Positions 17,025 through 26,773 are shown, counted from the stretch's first letter. The stretch: 51,392 bases of DNA from Candidatus Zipacnadia bacterium (GCA_029821265.1 JALGTR010000012.1:1-51392); one strand, 5' to 3'. A program made the numbers and translations. Notes: generated by a model from the sequence alone, not told the origin.

Positions 17025-19694
17025 TCAGTTAATGAGCTGCTCGGACGGAGTGCCGCCCGCGGCGGGCACGTTGGCGTGCTCCACCACGCCGCCCGCGGCC
17101 TCGTATTCCGAGATGACCTCCGCGCCCTCGCCCTCGGTCCAGAAATCCCCGGGCTTGAACGCCCCCGGCCACTGCACGTCGAGGATCACCTTTGCCGCCC
17201 GTGGCCGGTCGCCTGACAGCAGCGCGCTGCGCAGGTACTCGGCGGGCCATGAGATCCGGGTGTCGAGAATCGCGACCTCGCCCTCGGTCTCGCGCACCTG
17301 CCTGGCAACCTCCCCGCTCCATGTCACCAGCACGGTTGCACCGGGGGCGACATCCGCCGCGCCGTAGTCGAACTCGCCCGCCGACTCGATGGCGTCGGAG
17401 GCGCCCACCTCGAGCGGCAGTGTCACCTCCAGGGTCTCGCCTGCCTCCAGGGTCCCGCCCTCGCCCACGCGGACCTCAACCGGTTCCTCCGCCTCCTCGC
17501 ATGTCACCCGCACCGCCAGTCCATCGCCCGCGCGCGAGACCTCCACGGTCAGGTTCGCATCCGCCATGCGCAGGTTGCGCACCGTCATCGTCGTGGCGGT
17601 GTCCGGCAGGTGCGGGGCCAGCCGCACCGTGCGCGTCGGCGCGTCCGGCTCAAAGCCCGTCAGGTACTGCAGCACCGCGCTACCGTTGATCCCCCCCTCC
17701 CACGGCCGCACCCGATGCATCCCCCACACCTCTCGCGACGGCGTGTCATCCGGGCGGTTCATCTCCGCATACCCGCCCGACGGCGACGCCGCCACAAGCA
17801 CGCCCTCGAGGGCCTTCGCGGCCTCCGGATGGTCGATCGCGCTCAGCGCCGACAGCACGTAGCCCGGCGTCATCCCCACGTAGTATCCGCACGCGGGAGT
17901 GAGGTTTGCAGTCCCCGCCTCCGGCCGATACAGGTGCGACAGTGCGCTCAGCACGTTCCGACGCTGGCGCTCGTCAGGCTCCGCGTACCCGATCCACGTC
18001 GGCCGCAGACAGATGTTCGCGAACGGATACCGGTACAGCTCGCCCGACAGGCTCGACATCGCCGGCGCGTAATAGCCGCGATCCTCCTGCCAGTAGAACG
18101 CCTCGGTGGCCCGGCGTACGAACGCTGCGTCGTCGCGAAAGGCCTCGATCCGGGCCGCATCGATCCCGATTGCCGCCCCCATCTCCGCCATCGCCTCTGC
18201 GGCCGCGACGTACTCAAAGGCCGAATCCGCCGACCGCAGCGTCAGGTGCACATAGTCCGGCACACTGCCCGCGCGCGCCTCATGAAGCTGATAGCCGGGG
18301 AAGCGATAGGTCTCATCGCCGTGGAAAGGCAGCCGGCCCTCCGCGTCGAGATGATGGCCAGTGTACGCTGCCATCAGATACGGCCAGCGCTCCTCAAGCT
18401 GCTCGCTCTCCCCGGTATGCTTCCAGTACCAGTAGTTCTGCAGGATCACGAAGCTCGCGCTCTCGGCCTTCGGCGTCGGGATCGCGTCCCAGTCGATCTC
18501 CGGCACATTGTCGGGATCCACGTTTAGGTTCAGCGGCATATTGTTGTATATCTCCCGACGCGCCGCACAGCCCGCGAAGTGGTAGCTGAGGTCGCGGTCG
18601 ACGGACTCGAAGTCTCCGCAGTCGAGCAGAAACTTGATCGGACCGTTGGAGTCCCGGATCCACCGGTAGGAGTACTTGTGCATCGGCGAGTAGCCGCCCG
18701 CCGACGCCTGCTGGACCCGGCAGAGGTACTTCTGAATCGCCATGAACTGGTCGATCTCATCACCCGCGCCCTCGACCGTGACCGTCCGCTCATGCCAGTC
18801 CTGCCACCACTGGTGGCTGTCCTCGAAGAGCTGCCAGCCGCGCTCGTCGATCTCGGCGACGATGTCGGCCTCCTCGGTCTCGGTCATGCTGATCGCCAGG
18901 TAGGCGATCTTCCCCACCGATTCGTTGGGCTGCACAGCCCCCAGCGGGCAGGTCAGCGCCGAGGTCTCCGCCTTTGCCCCGGCGATCTGCCCCACCTGGT
19001 TGAGCCTCGAGTCCAGCCCCTCCGGCAGCTTCGGCATGAGGCTCTCGCCCTCGATCCGCGTCCTGGCTCCGGCGAAGCCGGCTCGGATGCGGATGTCTCC
19101 GCGGGTGTAGAGGAGGTCGTCATCCAGCGGCCCTTCCTCCGGCAGGGACGACTGCAGCGCCAGCGTCACCTCCGCCGCCTCCTCGCCGGCGTTCGTCACC
19201 AGCATCAACGTCAGGATCGCGTTGAGCTCCGGCGGCACGGTCTGCAGCAGGTCAACCTGCACCGGCCCGCCCTCCCAGCGTGAGTGCACGATGCCGCCCG
19301 GTGCGATCCACTCCATGGACTGCCGCTCCGCGAGTATCGGCTCACCGTCCACCAGAACGATCGGCGCTGTGGCCCCAAGCAGGCCGGTCTGTTTCTGGTA
19401 TGTCGGCCCCAGAACGTCCTGCACGGTCCCCAGCGGCAGCGCAAGCCCGGTGATCGCGAAGACGTTTCCGTTGCCGATCGGGTAGGCCCCGAGGTCGGAG
19501 AAGGTCGGCAGCTCCCCGGAGAGGCTGACCTGTTGCCGCCAGGCGTCGTAGCTGCGGCCGATCCAGGAGTCGGCGGCGAAGATCTCGCCGGCGGTGTACG
19601 TGAGCCGCTGACGGTTCTGCGGTCCACCGCAGCCGGCCGCGGTCATGACGATGATGATCAGTGCTGTCACGCCGGTAATGAGCCTTCGATCCAT
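17025..19694 (-). CDS. GH15-related (alpha/alpha)6-barrel glycoside hydrolase-like lipoprotein
   Basis: The track ORF runs 17025-19739. ATG 19694 has GAGGGAAAG upstream and gives MDRRLITGVTALIIIVMTAAGC, a lipobox-type signal. YSYRWIRDSNGPIKFLL and the downstream helical-repeat region resemble the glucoamylase/glucodextranase (GH15) catalytic domain. The family call is by motif only. Confidence 0.6.
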   Translation of the reverse strand: MDRRLITGVTALIIIVMTAAGCGGPQNRQRLTYTAGEIFAADSWIGRSYDAWRQQVSLSGELPTFSDLGAYPIGNGNVFAITGLALPLGTVQDVLGPTYQKQTGLLGATAPIVLVDGEPILAERQSMEWIAPGGIVHSRWEGGPVQVDLLQTVPPELNAILTLMLVTNAGEEAAEVTLALQSSLPEEGPLDDDLLYTRGDIRIRAGFAGARTRIEGESLMPKLPEGLDSRLNQVGQIAGAKAETSALTCPLGAVQPNESVGKIAYLAISMTETEEADIVAEIDERGWQLFEDSHQWWQDWHERTVTVEGAGDEIDQFMAIQKYLCRVQQASAGGYSPMHKYSYRWIRDSNGPIKFLLDCGDFESVDRDLSYHFAGCAARREIYNNMPLNLNVDPDNVPEIDWDAIPTPKAESASFVILQNYWYWKHTGESEQLEERWPYLMAAYTGHHLDAEGRLPFHGDETYRFPGYQLHEARAGSVPDYVHLTLRSADSAFEYVAAAEAMAEMGAAIGIDAARIEAFRDDAAFVRRATEAFYWQEDRGYYAPAMSSLSGELYRYPFANICLRPTWIGYAEPDERQRRNVLSALSHLYRPEAGTANLTPACGYYVGMTPGYVLSALSAIDHPEAAKALEGVLVAASPSGGYAEMNRPDDTPSREVWGMHRVRPWEGGINGSAVLQYLTGFEPDAPTRTVRLAPHLPDTATTMTVRNLRMADANLTVEVSRAGDGLAVRVTCEEAEEPVEVRVGEGGTLEAGETLEVTLPLEVGASDAIESAGEFDYGAADVAPGATVLVTWSGEVARQVRETEGEVAILDTRISWPAEYLRSALLSGDRPRAAKVILDVQWPGAFKPGDFWTEGEGAEVISEYEAAGGVVEHANVPAAGGTPSEQLIN

Positions 19695-19846
19695 GGTCGC
19701 TTTCCCTCTACTGTCTGACACGTTCGCCGATGGTGTCACTTGCGTCGCGGATCGCTGCAGAGGTGTCTAAAAGGCGGCTCTGCGGCCTTTCGCGGTCGCC
19801 GCATTCCCCCTGCTCTTCGCCTGTTCCCCGCCCTCGCGTCGCTTGC

Positions 19847-20644
19847 TCAGATCATCTCCACCGTCAACCACGCCACACGGCCCCACAGCCTCATCCCCAC
19901 GGCGCCGTCCTTCGACGCGCATGCCGCTGCGATCCCCGCGCCAAAGAGATGCTCGATGCCCTCCTGTACGGGGAACTCCGCCTCGTGCAGCAACACGTAC
20001 TGGTCGAAGCGCACGCCCCCGGCCATTCCCCCGCTGTCCCAGCCGGTGCGGAGCGAGTATCGCCCACGCTCCTTCGGGTGGCAGTGTGCGATCCACACGC
20101 CCATCCAGGCCGCAGTCGTGCCCTGGCGCTGCGCCTCCGCGGCTGCCACGCCGTCCACCACCACCGCCACACGCGCGCGCACGCGGCCATCGCGCGGCGG
20201 TGTGAAGACCAGGCACGGGCTCGCGATAGAGTAGGCGTACTGCCCTGTGCCGGAGCGCAGGTCTATGTCGAAGATCCCCCGATGGTCGCCCGCATTGACG
20301 ACCGCCTCACCGCTGCCGCGCGCTGAGTTGTTGCAGCCGCGCGGCATCGGCGGCGTGAAGATCCAGTGCGCATCGCTGTCCGGCTGCGCAGGATCCGGCA
20401 GCGCCCACTGCTCGGGCTGTTCGGCCGCGTCGAGCCAGCCGTCGATCGCCGCCGTGTCCCCGACCGCCTCCGCGCCGGCCACGAAACGCTCCAGGCTCTG
20501 CTGCATCGCGTCCATCATCAGCAGCGGGCCCTGCTTGCCGCCGGCGCCTCGCGTCAGCCACTGCTCGCCGTCGTACTGCGCCACCGCGGCCGTCGCCAGC
20601 AGCGTCGCCGTGCAGATCACCATCATCGCCCACGGCATCGTCAT
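19847..20644 (-). CDS. hypothetical exported protein
   Basis: This is only the C-terminal 265 codons of the 1026-aa track ORF 19847-22927. Translation from ATG 20644 (alternatives 20638 and 20671) begins MTMPWAMMVICTATLLATAAVAQ, a signal peptide, with a purine-rich GAGGTGCGAGGGG upstream. I recognise no family. Confidence 0.55.
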   Translation of the reverse strand: MTMPWAMMVICTATLLATAAVAQYDGEQWLTRGAGGKQGPLLMMDAMQQSLERFVAGAEAVGDTAAIDGWLDAAEQPEQWALPDPAQPDSDAHWIFTPPMPRGCNNSARGSGEAVVNAGDHRGIFDIDLRSGTGQYAYSIASPCLVFTPPRDGRVRARVAVVVDGVAAAEAQRQGTTAAWMGVWIAHCHPKERGRYSLRTGWDSGGMAGGVRFDQYVLLHEAEFPVQEGIEHLFGAGIAAACASKDGAVGMRLWGRVAWLTVEMI

Positions 20645-20731
20645 CCCCTCGCACCTCTTCCATGCTGCCATGATTCGCTTGCCGGCGGGCCGGAGGAATG
20701 GGCGCGCCGGTCGTGGAAGCTCCAAATCACC

Positions 20732-20828
20732 TGGAGGCGGGTGTGCGAGTCGAACGCACCCGGGGGCCGATGCGCTGGCCCCCGCCGCGGATTTGCAGTC
20801 CGCGGGGGACACCGGTCCCGTCCCCGCC
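20732..20828 (-). tRNA. atypical tRNA-Cys(GCA), 97 nt, long variable arm and tRNA-Sec-like core
   Basis: The reverse complement reads GGCGGGG-AC-GGGAC-CGGT-GTCCC-CC-GCGGA-CTGCAAA-TCCGC-GGC-GGGGGCC-AGCGCATC-GGCCCCC-GG-GTGCG-TTCGACT-CGCAC-ACCCGCC-T-CCA. The acceptor has 6 WC pairs plus a G7/A66 mismatch. The T arm is 5 bp with a TTCGACT loop. The anticodon loop is C-U-GCA-A-A. The discriminator is U and the CCA is encoded. It lies in the 252-nt divergent intergenic region. Confidence 0.75.
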
Positions 20829-20896
20829 CGTACTCCAAAACGATTCGCGGCCCGCCGCGTGTTCCCCTTGCCGGCGGCGCACGAGGAGGCCACAAA

Positions 20897-22840
20897 ATGC
20901 TGCCTGAGGCGCCCACCCCGGAGACTGTCGGATCGATCACGCTCTCGCCCGCCGGACCGTTCGTCGCCGGAAGCCGCCACACGTTTACCCTCAGATACAC
21001 CGCCGGCCCGTCGGGGATCGAGGTCGGCGGGGGCCTGCGGATTTTCCCGCCACACCGCGGCCACACCTACTGGGAGCTCGGCAAGGTCACCGCAACCTGC
21101 TCGCGCGAAGCGGCCTCCGTCGAGGTCGAGACCTTCAACGATCATCCCTACACCTACCATCACTCCAACCCGCCGCATATCCGCGTAACGATCTGGGGTG
21201 AGCCGCTGCAGGAGGGCGACACCGTCACCATCACCATCGGCGAACATGGCGGCTACTCCGCAGGCTACTTCCGCCTCGCGCGCGTCGCCGATCATGCGTG
21301 GGGCGGCTACCAGTTCAGCGTCTCGGTCGATGTCCTCGGCAACGGCCGTCGGCCCCGTGAGTTCGATCGCCCCGATGCGTTCGTGGACCTGCCAGACGCG
21401 CCCGAGCTTGATGTTATCGCCGATGAGCCCGCCCGACTCCACGTCGTCGCACGACCTCCCGCGGGGGTCGATTCGGACGAGTTCGATCTCGTGATCTCGG
21501 TCCGCGATCAGTTCGGGAACCTCGCCGACTATGAGGGTACGCTCAAGCTCGAGAGCACCGATCCGGACGCCGCGCTCCCCGATGCCGTCAGTGTCAACGA
21601 GGGCGCGGGGCTGTGCCGTATCAGCCCCGGCCGTCCGCTCCACGGCGTCGCGCGCATCGACGGCTGCCGGACCTCCGCCAGGCGCGCCCGAGTCACCGTC
21701 TACGATCCGCGTCAGGAGCTGATCGGCACCTCGAACGTGGTCGCGCCCGCCTTCGGTGGCGAAGACCACCACGTCTACTTCGGCGATCTGCACGTGATGA
21801 CCGGCGATCACGGCCGAATGATGCTCGGCGGTACCGAGTATGCCCATCGGTGGGCGCGCGACGTGCAGGGCCTCGACTTCACGGTCGCGACCAACTCCGG
21901 TGCCGACGAACAGAGCTGGGCCGAGGACCTGCGCCTCGACGATGAGTTCACTGAGCCCGGACGCTTCGTGGTCATCCCCGCGATGGAGCGTTACGCGGTG
22001 ACAGGCCACAAGAACGTCTACTTCCGCTCCTCCGAGGGCGTTCCGCACATGCCGAAGATGTCCCCGGCCGAGATGTTCGAGTGGCTCGCCCGGCTCGACC
22101 TGCCCTGCCTCGTGATATCCCACCACACGAACTGCCACTCCGAGACCAGCCGCTATCACGCATGGGGGCCGCACGACTTCTCCACCATCGATCCGCGTTT
22201 CGAGCGGCTCATCGAGATCACGCAGGACCGCGGCAGCTTTGAGCGCGACGAGGTCGGCGGCGCAGTATCGCTCGGAGGACACGGCTCCTCGGTCCAGGAC
22301 GCGCTGGCCCTCGGCCTGCGCCTCGGCTTCGTCGGCGGCACCGACAACCATCGCGGCCAGCCCGGCTCGAAGCGCTCCAACCTCGGCGGCCTCGTGGCCG
22401 ACGAGATCATCAACGGCGGCATCACCGGCGTCCTCGCACCCCGGCTCACCCGAGAGGCGATCTTCGACGCGCTCTGGGAGCGCCGCTGTTATGCCACGAC
22501 CTCCGAGCGCATTCTCCTCGACGTGCGCCTCGGCGAGCATATGATGGGCAGCGACCTCACCGCCGAGGAGGCTGCGCCGTTCGCGAGCGAACGCGAGATC
22601 CGCATCGAGGCCATCGGCCGCCGTCACATCGACCGTATCGAGGTGGTCTGCAACAACGAAACCGTCGCATCCTGCGAGATCGACGATGAGGACGCGCTGA
22701 TCACCTACACAGACCCGACCCCGCTCGCGGAGGTCCCCCCGGTCTCCAGCAAGGCGCCCGACGTGGTCTTCTACTACGTGCGTCTGATCGAGGCCGATGG
22801 CAACATGGCGTGGTCCAGCCCCATCTGGCTCGCCCGGTAG
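20897..22840 (+). CDS. DUF3604-like metal-dependent (PHP-fold) protein with N-terminal beta-sandwich region
   Basis: ATG 20897 with GAGGAGG 7 nt upstream, inside track ORF 20366-22840. VYFGDLHVMTGDH, ISHHTNCHSE, GGTDNHRGQPG, RRCYATTSERILLD and FYYVRLIEADGNMAWSSPIWL follow the DUF3604 pattern. There is no signal peptide. Confidence 0.6.
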   Translation: MLPEAPTPETVGSITLSPAGPFVAGSRHTFTLRYTAGPSGIEVGGGLRIFPPHRGHTYWELGKVTATCSREAASVEVETFNDHPYTYHHSNPPHIRVTIWGEPLQEGDTVTITIGEHGGYSAGYFRLARVADHAWGGYQFSVSVDVLGNGRRPREFDRPDAFVDLPDAPELDVIADEPARLHVVARPPAGVDSDEFDLVISVRDQFGNLADYEGTLKLESTDPDAALPDAVSVNEGAGLCRISPGRPLHGVARIDGCRTSARRARVTVYDPRQELIGTSNVVAPAFGGEDHHVYFGDLHVMTGDHGRMMLGGTEYAHRWARDVQGLDFTVATNSGADEQSWAEDLRLDDEFTEPGRFVVIPAMERYAVTGHKNVYFRSSEGVPHMPKMSPAEMFEWLARLDLPCLVISHHTNCHSETSRYHAWGPHDFSTIDPRFERLIEITQDRGSFERDEVGGAVSLGGHGSSVQDALALGLRLGFVGGTDNHRGQPGSKRSNLGGLVADEIINGGITGVLAPRLTREAIFDALWERRCYATTSERILLDVRLGEHMMGSDLTAEEAAPFASEREIRIEAIGRRHIDRIEVVCNNETVASCEIDDEDALITYTDPTPLAEVPPVSSKAPDVVFYYVRLIEADGNMAWSSPIWLAR

Positions 22841-22978
22841 GCCGGTTTGTCTGCGTAACAAATGGTGTATCTTGCGCCAACATATGTGCAGCATTGATGA
22901 TAATGGGTATAATGCGAAAACCATCACTCGGTGCGTACCGCAGTGACCCGGCGTTCATCACGCTCACGGAGGGCCAGC

Positions 22979-23482
22979 ATGTCCCACTGGCACGAGGTGG
23001 CGCATTTCATGCTCGGCCGCGGCTTCTGGTACGCTGACCCTGTCAGGGAGGTCCGCGGGCTCGAGCGCGATGAGCTGTTTTGGGTGCCCGGCGAGGGCGT
23101 GTTCTGCGTCCTCTGGCACGTCGGTCACATCGCCCATCGCGAACGCGTGCATATCGGCCGCTTCATCCAGAACCGGCAGGAGGAGCTGATCCCGCCTGAG
23201 TACGAGGTCTTCGGCCCCGACTGGCGCGCCGGTGAGCACCTGTGCGACCGTATTCCCGACACCGATGAGGTCTTCGACTGGGTCCGCGAGGTGCGACGCC
23301 TCAGTCACGAGGCCGTCGATTCGCTCTCAGATCAGGATATGCTTCGCCCGGCACAGGGCGATCCGGACGGCCACTCAGCCGCACACTGGCTGATGATCAC
23401 CGCCGCTCATACGTCGCTGCATATCGGCCGCATTCAGATGCTCCGCGCTATGCTCGAGCGCAGCCGTCAGCACGTCCCCTGA
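22979..23482 (+). CDS. DinB-family (DinB_2-like) four-helix-bundle metalloprotein
   Basis: ATG 22979 with GGAGGG 5 nt upstream, inside track ORF 22931-23482. LWHVGHIAHRERVHI...AAHWLMITAAHTSLHIGRIQMLR shows the conserved His pattern of DinB-like proteins. An AT-rich stretch with TATAAT (22907-22912) lies upstream. Confidence 0.65.
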   Translation: MSHWHEVAHFMLGRGFWYADPVREVRGLERDELFWVPGEGVFCVLWHVGHIAHRERVHIGRFIQNRQEELIPPEYEVFGPDWRAGEHLCDRIPDTDEVFDWVREVRRLSHEAVDSLSDQDMLRPAQGDPDGHSAAHWLMITAAHTSLHIGRIQMLRAMLERSRQHVP

Positions 23483-23569
23483 CCGATGCTCCCTCGGCGA
23501 GGATTTCTCCCCGCAGATGGCGAACGACGCCTTCGTGTGGCCGACAACGCCGTCCCGGGGACTGAGACC

Positions 23570-24688
23570 GTGACCCATCGCGAGCGCATCGAGACCGCCT
23601 GGAGTTTCCGCGAGCCCGACCGGGTGCCGATCGAGATCATGGTGTCACCGGGCCTCACCGATGAGCCACGCGCCGCACGCCTCAACGCGCTCATCGCCGA
23701 GCACGCGGACAACTTCATCGGCGTTCCCTGCTACGACTGGGGCTTCTTCGGCCACTCCGCCCGACGAACCGAGCGCGTTCTCGAGGACACCGGCGATCAG
23801 CAGCGCATCGAGTGGACGATGCACACCCCGGCCGGGGATTTCACCGCCATCATCCGCCGCCCGCGCTTCGCCACGGGAATCGAGGACTACCACTGGGAGA
23901 AGCGCTACTTCATGGAGCCGGCCGACCTCGAGCGCCTGCTGGCCGTCGAGCCGGAGCTTCGAGCGCCGGACGTGGACGCCTTCAACTCCGCTCGCAGACG
24001 CATCGGCGACGACGGCGTCGAGTACTGCGCGCTGCTGCATCCGCTGGGCGTCCTGGTGCGCTACGCGCAGATGGAGGAGGTCTACGCGTGGCTGCGCAGC
24101 GAGCCGGAGCTGATCCATCGCTTCCTCGAGGCCACCAACGGCTACGTGATCGAGGCGATCGGGCTCATCGCCGACGCCGGGATCCGCACCACCTTCATGA
24201 GTTGGGCACACGAGATGCTGATCGATCCGTGGCTGGGCCGCGCGCACTTTGAGGAGTTCGTCTTCCCCTATGACAGCCGCGTATACGACGCCCTCCACGC
24301 CGCCGGCTCTCGCTTCCGCGCGCACTGTCACGGCAACTGCATGCAGTACCTCGAGCGCTTTCACGAGATGGGCATCGATTCGGTCGAGCCTCTGGAGCCG
24401 CCCCCATACGGCGATTGCGACCTCGCCGAAGCAAAGCGCCGGGTGGGTGACCGAATGCTGCTGTCGGGCAACGTCGCCAGTCAGGCCTTCGTCTTCCGCA
24501 CTCCTGATGAGGTCAGGGAGGAAGTGCGGGAAGCAATCGAGGCGGCCGCCCCCGGCGGCGGCTTCACGCTGCGCATGACCGGCGGCTCGGGAGGCACTGG
24601 CGCTGTCCGCAACGACGAGCAGCTCCTCCGCTGCATCGAGAACGCCGAGGCCTACATCGAGGCAGGGCTGCAGTACGGTCGGTACTAA
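23570..24688 (+). CDS. uroporphyrinogen decarboxylase (URO-D) family protein, non-heme-pathway paralog
   Basis: I placed the start at GTG 23570 (THRERIETAWSFREPDRVPIE), by analogy with the paralog at 29368 (GRERILTAIRHEEPDRVPIS). The track ORF begins at 23486. The C-terminal SVEPLEPPPYGDCDLAEAKRRVGDRMLLSGNV is URO-D/MtaA-like. Confidence 0.7.
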   Translation: MTHRERIETAWSFREPDRVPIEIMVSPGLTDEPRAARLNALIAEHADNFIGVPCYDWGFFGHSARRTERVLEDTGDQQRIEWTMHTPAGDFTAIIRRPRFATGIEDYHWEKRYFMEPADLERLLAVEPELRAPDVDAFNSARRRIGDDGVEYCALLHPLGVLVRYAQMEEVYAWLRSEPELIHRFLEATNGYVIEAIGLIADAGIRTTFMSWAHEMLIDPWLGRAHFEEFVFPYDSRVYDALHAAGSRFRAHCHGNCMQYLERFHEMGIDSVEPLEPPPYGDCDLAEAKRRVGDRMLLSGNVASQAFVFRTPDEVREEVREAIEAAAPGGGFTLRMTGGSGGTGAVRNDEQLLRCIENAEAYIEAGLQYGRY

Positions 24689-24700
24689 GAATACCCCAAC

Positions 24701-24719
24701 GGCAGACAGACCGTCTGCC
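24701..24719 (+). terminator. short hairpin downstream of the URO-D paralog
   Basis: GGCAGAC-AGACC-GTCTGCC, 13 nt after the stop. Confidence 0.3.
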
Positions 24720-24781
24720 CCATCCGTTGGCTCGCAACCCGTCGTTCGCACCTCAGAGGCCCGTTGCAGGGAGGCACACAG

Positions 24782-26773
24782 ATGCGCGAGGCACTGACCC
24801 TATCGGCTATCACGACGCTGGCGATCATCGCCGCCTGTCCGGCGTTCGGTCAGGTCAACCGCGAGATGATCCAGCGGGTCGCCGCCGGCGAGGTCACCGA
24901 GGCCCGCGCCTCATGGTGGGGCTTCGACCCTGAGGACGCGACCGATGCCCTGCAGGCCGCGATCGACTCCGGCGCGGCACGAGTCGTTGTCGAGGACATG
25001 GGGCGCCCGTGGATCGTCCGCCCGATCCAGCTCGCCGGCGACCAGGAGGTCGTTTTCGAGGAGGGCGTCGAGATCCTCGCCAAACGCGGTGAGTTCAAGG
25101 GCACCAACGACTGCCTATTCACCGCCCGGGACGTCGAGAACGTCACCCTGCGCGGCTACGGAGCCACCTTCCGCATGTGGCAGGAGGACTACGACAACCG
25201 CGAGCTGTACCGGAAGGCCGAATGGCGGCACTGCCTGCAGCTTCGCGGCGCGCGCAATGTCAACGTCTACGGACTGACGCTCATGGACAGCGGCGGCGAC
25301 GGCATCTACCTCGGCGCCGGGCCGGGCCGCACGCCCAACCGGGATGTCCACATAAAGGACGTGGTCTGCGACAACAACTACCGCCAGGGAATCTCGGTTA
25401 TCACCGTTGAGAACCTCCTGATCGAGGACACCATCATGCGCAACACCTCGGGGACGCCGCCGCAGGCGGGGATCGATTTCGAGCCCAATCGTCCCGAGGA
25501 GCGTCTGGTCAACGTTGTGATGCGCAACTGCCTGACCGAGAACAACAACTCCTACGGCTACGTGCTCTATCTCCGCCCGCTGAATGCCGAGTCCGAGCCC
25601 GTCTCGGTGCGCTTCGAGAACTGCCGGTCGATCGGCGACCACGCCGGCGCCGCGCGCATCACCACCGACGCCTCAGTCGCCACCGCCGCTCCCGGCATCA
25701 TCGAGTTCGTTGACTGCGAGTTCCGCGCATCCGGCGGCCCCGGTATCACCGTCACGAAGCCAGCCGCGCAGGGCCTCGCGCGCTTCGTCAACTGTTCGGT
25801 GATTGACTGCGGCCCGAATCACCCCGCGCCAATCGTCATCTCCAGCGAGAGCGGCGCCGAGGATCCCGTCGGCGGCGTTGTCTTTGACCGCGTTCGTCTC
25901 CGCGACCCGTTCGATCGCGATCCCATGGCGTACATCGATCGCGGCGGCGGAATCCCGCTCGAGCAGATCCACGGTTCGCTCGTCCTCGTCGATGACGAGG
26001 GCAACGAAACCATCGTCGAGCTCACCGATGAGCAACTCGGAGAATGGATGCCGATCGTCGCACTGCGAGACATCCCCCGTGTCGATATCGCGGGCATGCA
26101 GTTCGAGCCGCTGGCATCCCCCGCCGTCGCTGAGGAGCCTCAATGGCCGTGGCGTCGTCGGGAGAGCACCTTCGCGATCCATGCGCGCGCCGGCGAGACG
26201 GTGAGCTTCCTCGCTCAGTTCGCCCAGGTCGGCAGATACTCGGGCGACGAGATGCCCGTCACGATCAAAGCGCCCTCCGGAGCCGTCGTCCACGAGACCG
26301 CGGTGCCCTTCCAGGATCAGGCGACGATCACATTCACCGCGCCCGAGACCGGGCTCTATCGCGTGGTCGCCGATCCCGGCCCGAACCGGGTCATGCTCTC
26401 CGAGGCCTCGCATCCCACGGCAATCCTTGGCACCGGCCGCCCGATCCGCCTGATGCAGTACTCTGGGGAGCTACAATTCTACGTCCCGGAGGGCGTGAAG
26501 CTCTTCGGCGTGCGCATCTCCGGCGAGGGCGTCGGTGAGGCCGTCAGGGCCGCGCTCGTCAGCCCGTCGGGCGAGGTCGTGGACGAGGTGGACAACCAGG
26601 TGAAGGTTCATCAGTTCGAGGTCGAGCTGCAGGAGCCATCACGGGGCGAGATATGGACGCTGCGCACCGGCAGGCCCTCAGCCAGCACCTGGGAGGATTT
26701 CTACGTCGATCCGCGCGGCGTTCCTCCGCTGCTTACGCCCAGGGGACTTGCGCTGATCGTCCCCGCGCGGTAG
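24782..26773 (+). CDS. exported right-handed parallel beta-helix (pectate-lyase-fold) protein, probable glycan hydrolase/lyase
   Basis: ATG 24782 with GGGAGG 7 nt upstream. It has a signal peptide (LSAITTLAIIAACPAFGQ). ARASWWGFDPEDATDALQAAIDSGA..., then repeated ...NVTLRG..., ...NVNVYGLTLMDSGGDGIYLG..., ...VCDNNYRQGISV... coils. Confidence 0.7.
   Translation: MREALTLSAITTLAIIAACPAFGQVNREMIQRVAAGEVTEARASWWGFDPEDATDALQAAIDSGAARVVVEDMGRPWIVRPIQLAGDQEVVFEEGVEILAKRGEFKGTNDCLFTARDVENVTLRGYGATFRMWQEDYDNRELYRKAEWRHCLQLRGARNVNVYGLTLMDSGGDGIYLGAGPGRTPNRDVHIKDVVCDNNYRQGISVITVENLLIEDTIMRNTSGTPPQAGIDFEPNRPEERLVNVVMRNCLTENNNSYGYVLYLRPLNAESEPVSVRFENCRSIGDHAGAARITTDASVATAAPGIIEFVDCEFRASGGPGITVTKPAAQGLARFVNCSVIDCGPNHPAPIVISSESGAEDPVGGVVFDRVRLRDPFDRDPMAYIDRGGGIPLEQIHGSLVLVDDEGNETIVELTDEQLGEWMPIVALRDIPRVDIAGMQFEPLASPAVAEEPQWPWRRRESTFAIHARAGETVSFLAQFAQVGRYSGDEMPVTIKAPSGAVVHETAVPFQDQATITFTAPETGLYRVVADPGPNRVMLSEASHPTAILGTGRPIRLMQYSGELQFYVPEGVKLFGVRISGEGVGEAVRAALVSPSGEVVDEVDNQVKVHQFEVELQEPSRGEIWTLRTGRPSASTWEDFYVDPRGVPPLLTPRGLALIVPAR

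Noticed and set aside
19847-22927. 1026-aa minus-strand ORF, the longest in the track
   Set aside because: Upstream of ~20671 it is antisense to the well-supported DUF3604-like gene and runs straight through the tRNA gene. Its translation there is Arg/Gly/Asp/Val-rich low-complexity sequence typical of an open antisense frame in high-GC DNA. Only the last ~265 codons (19847-20644) look like a real gene.
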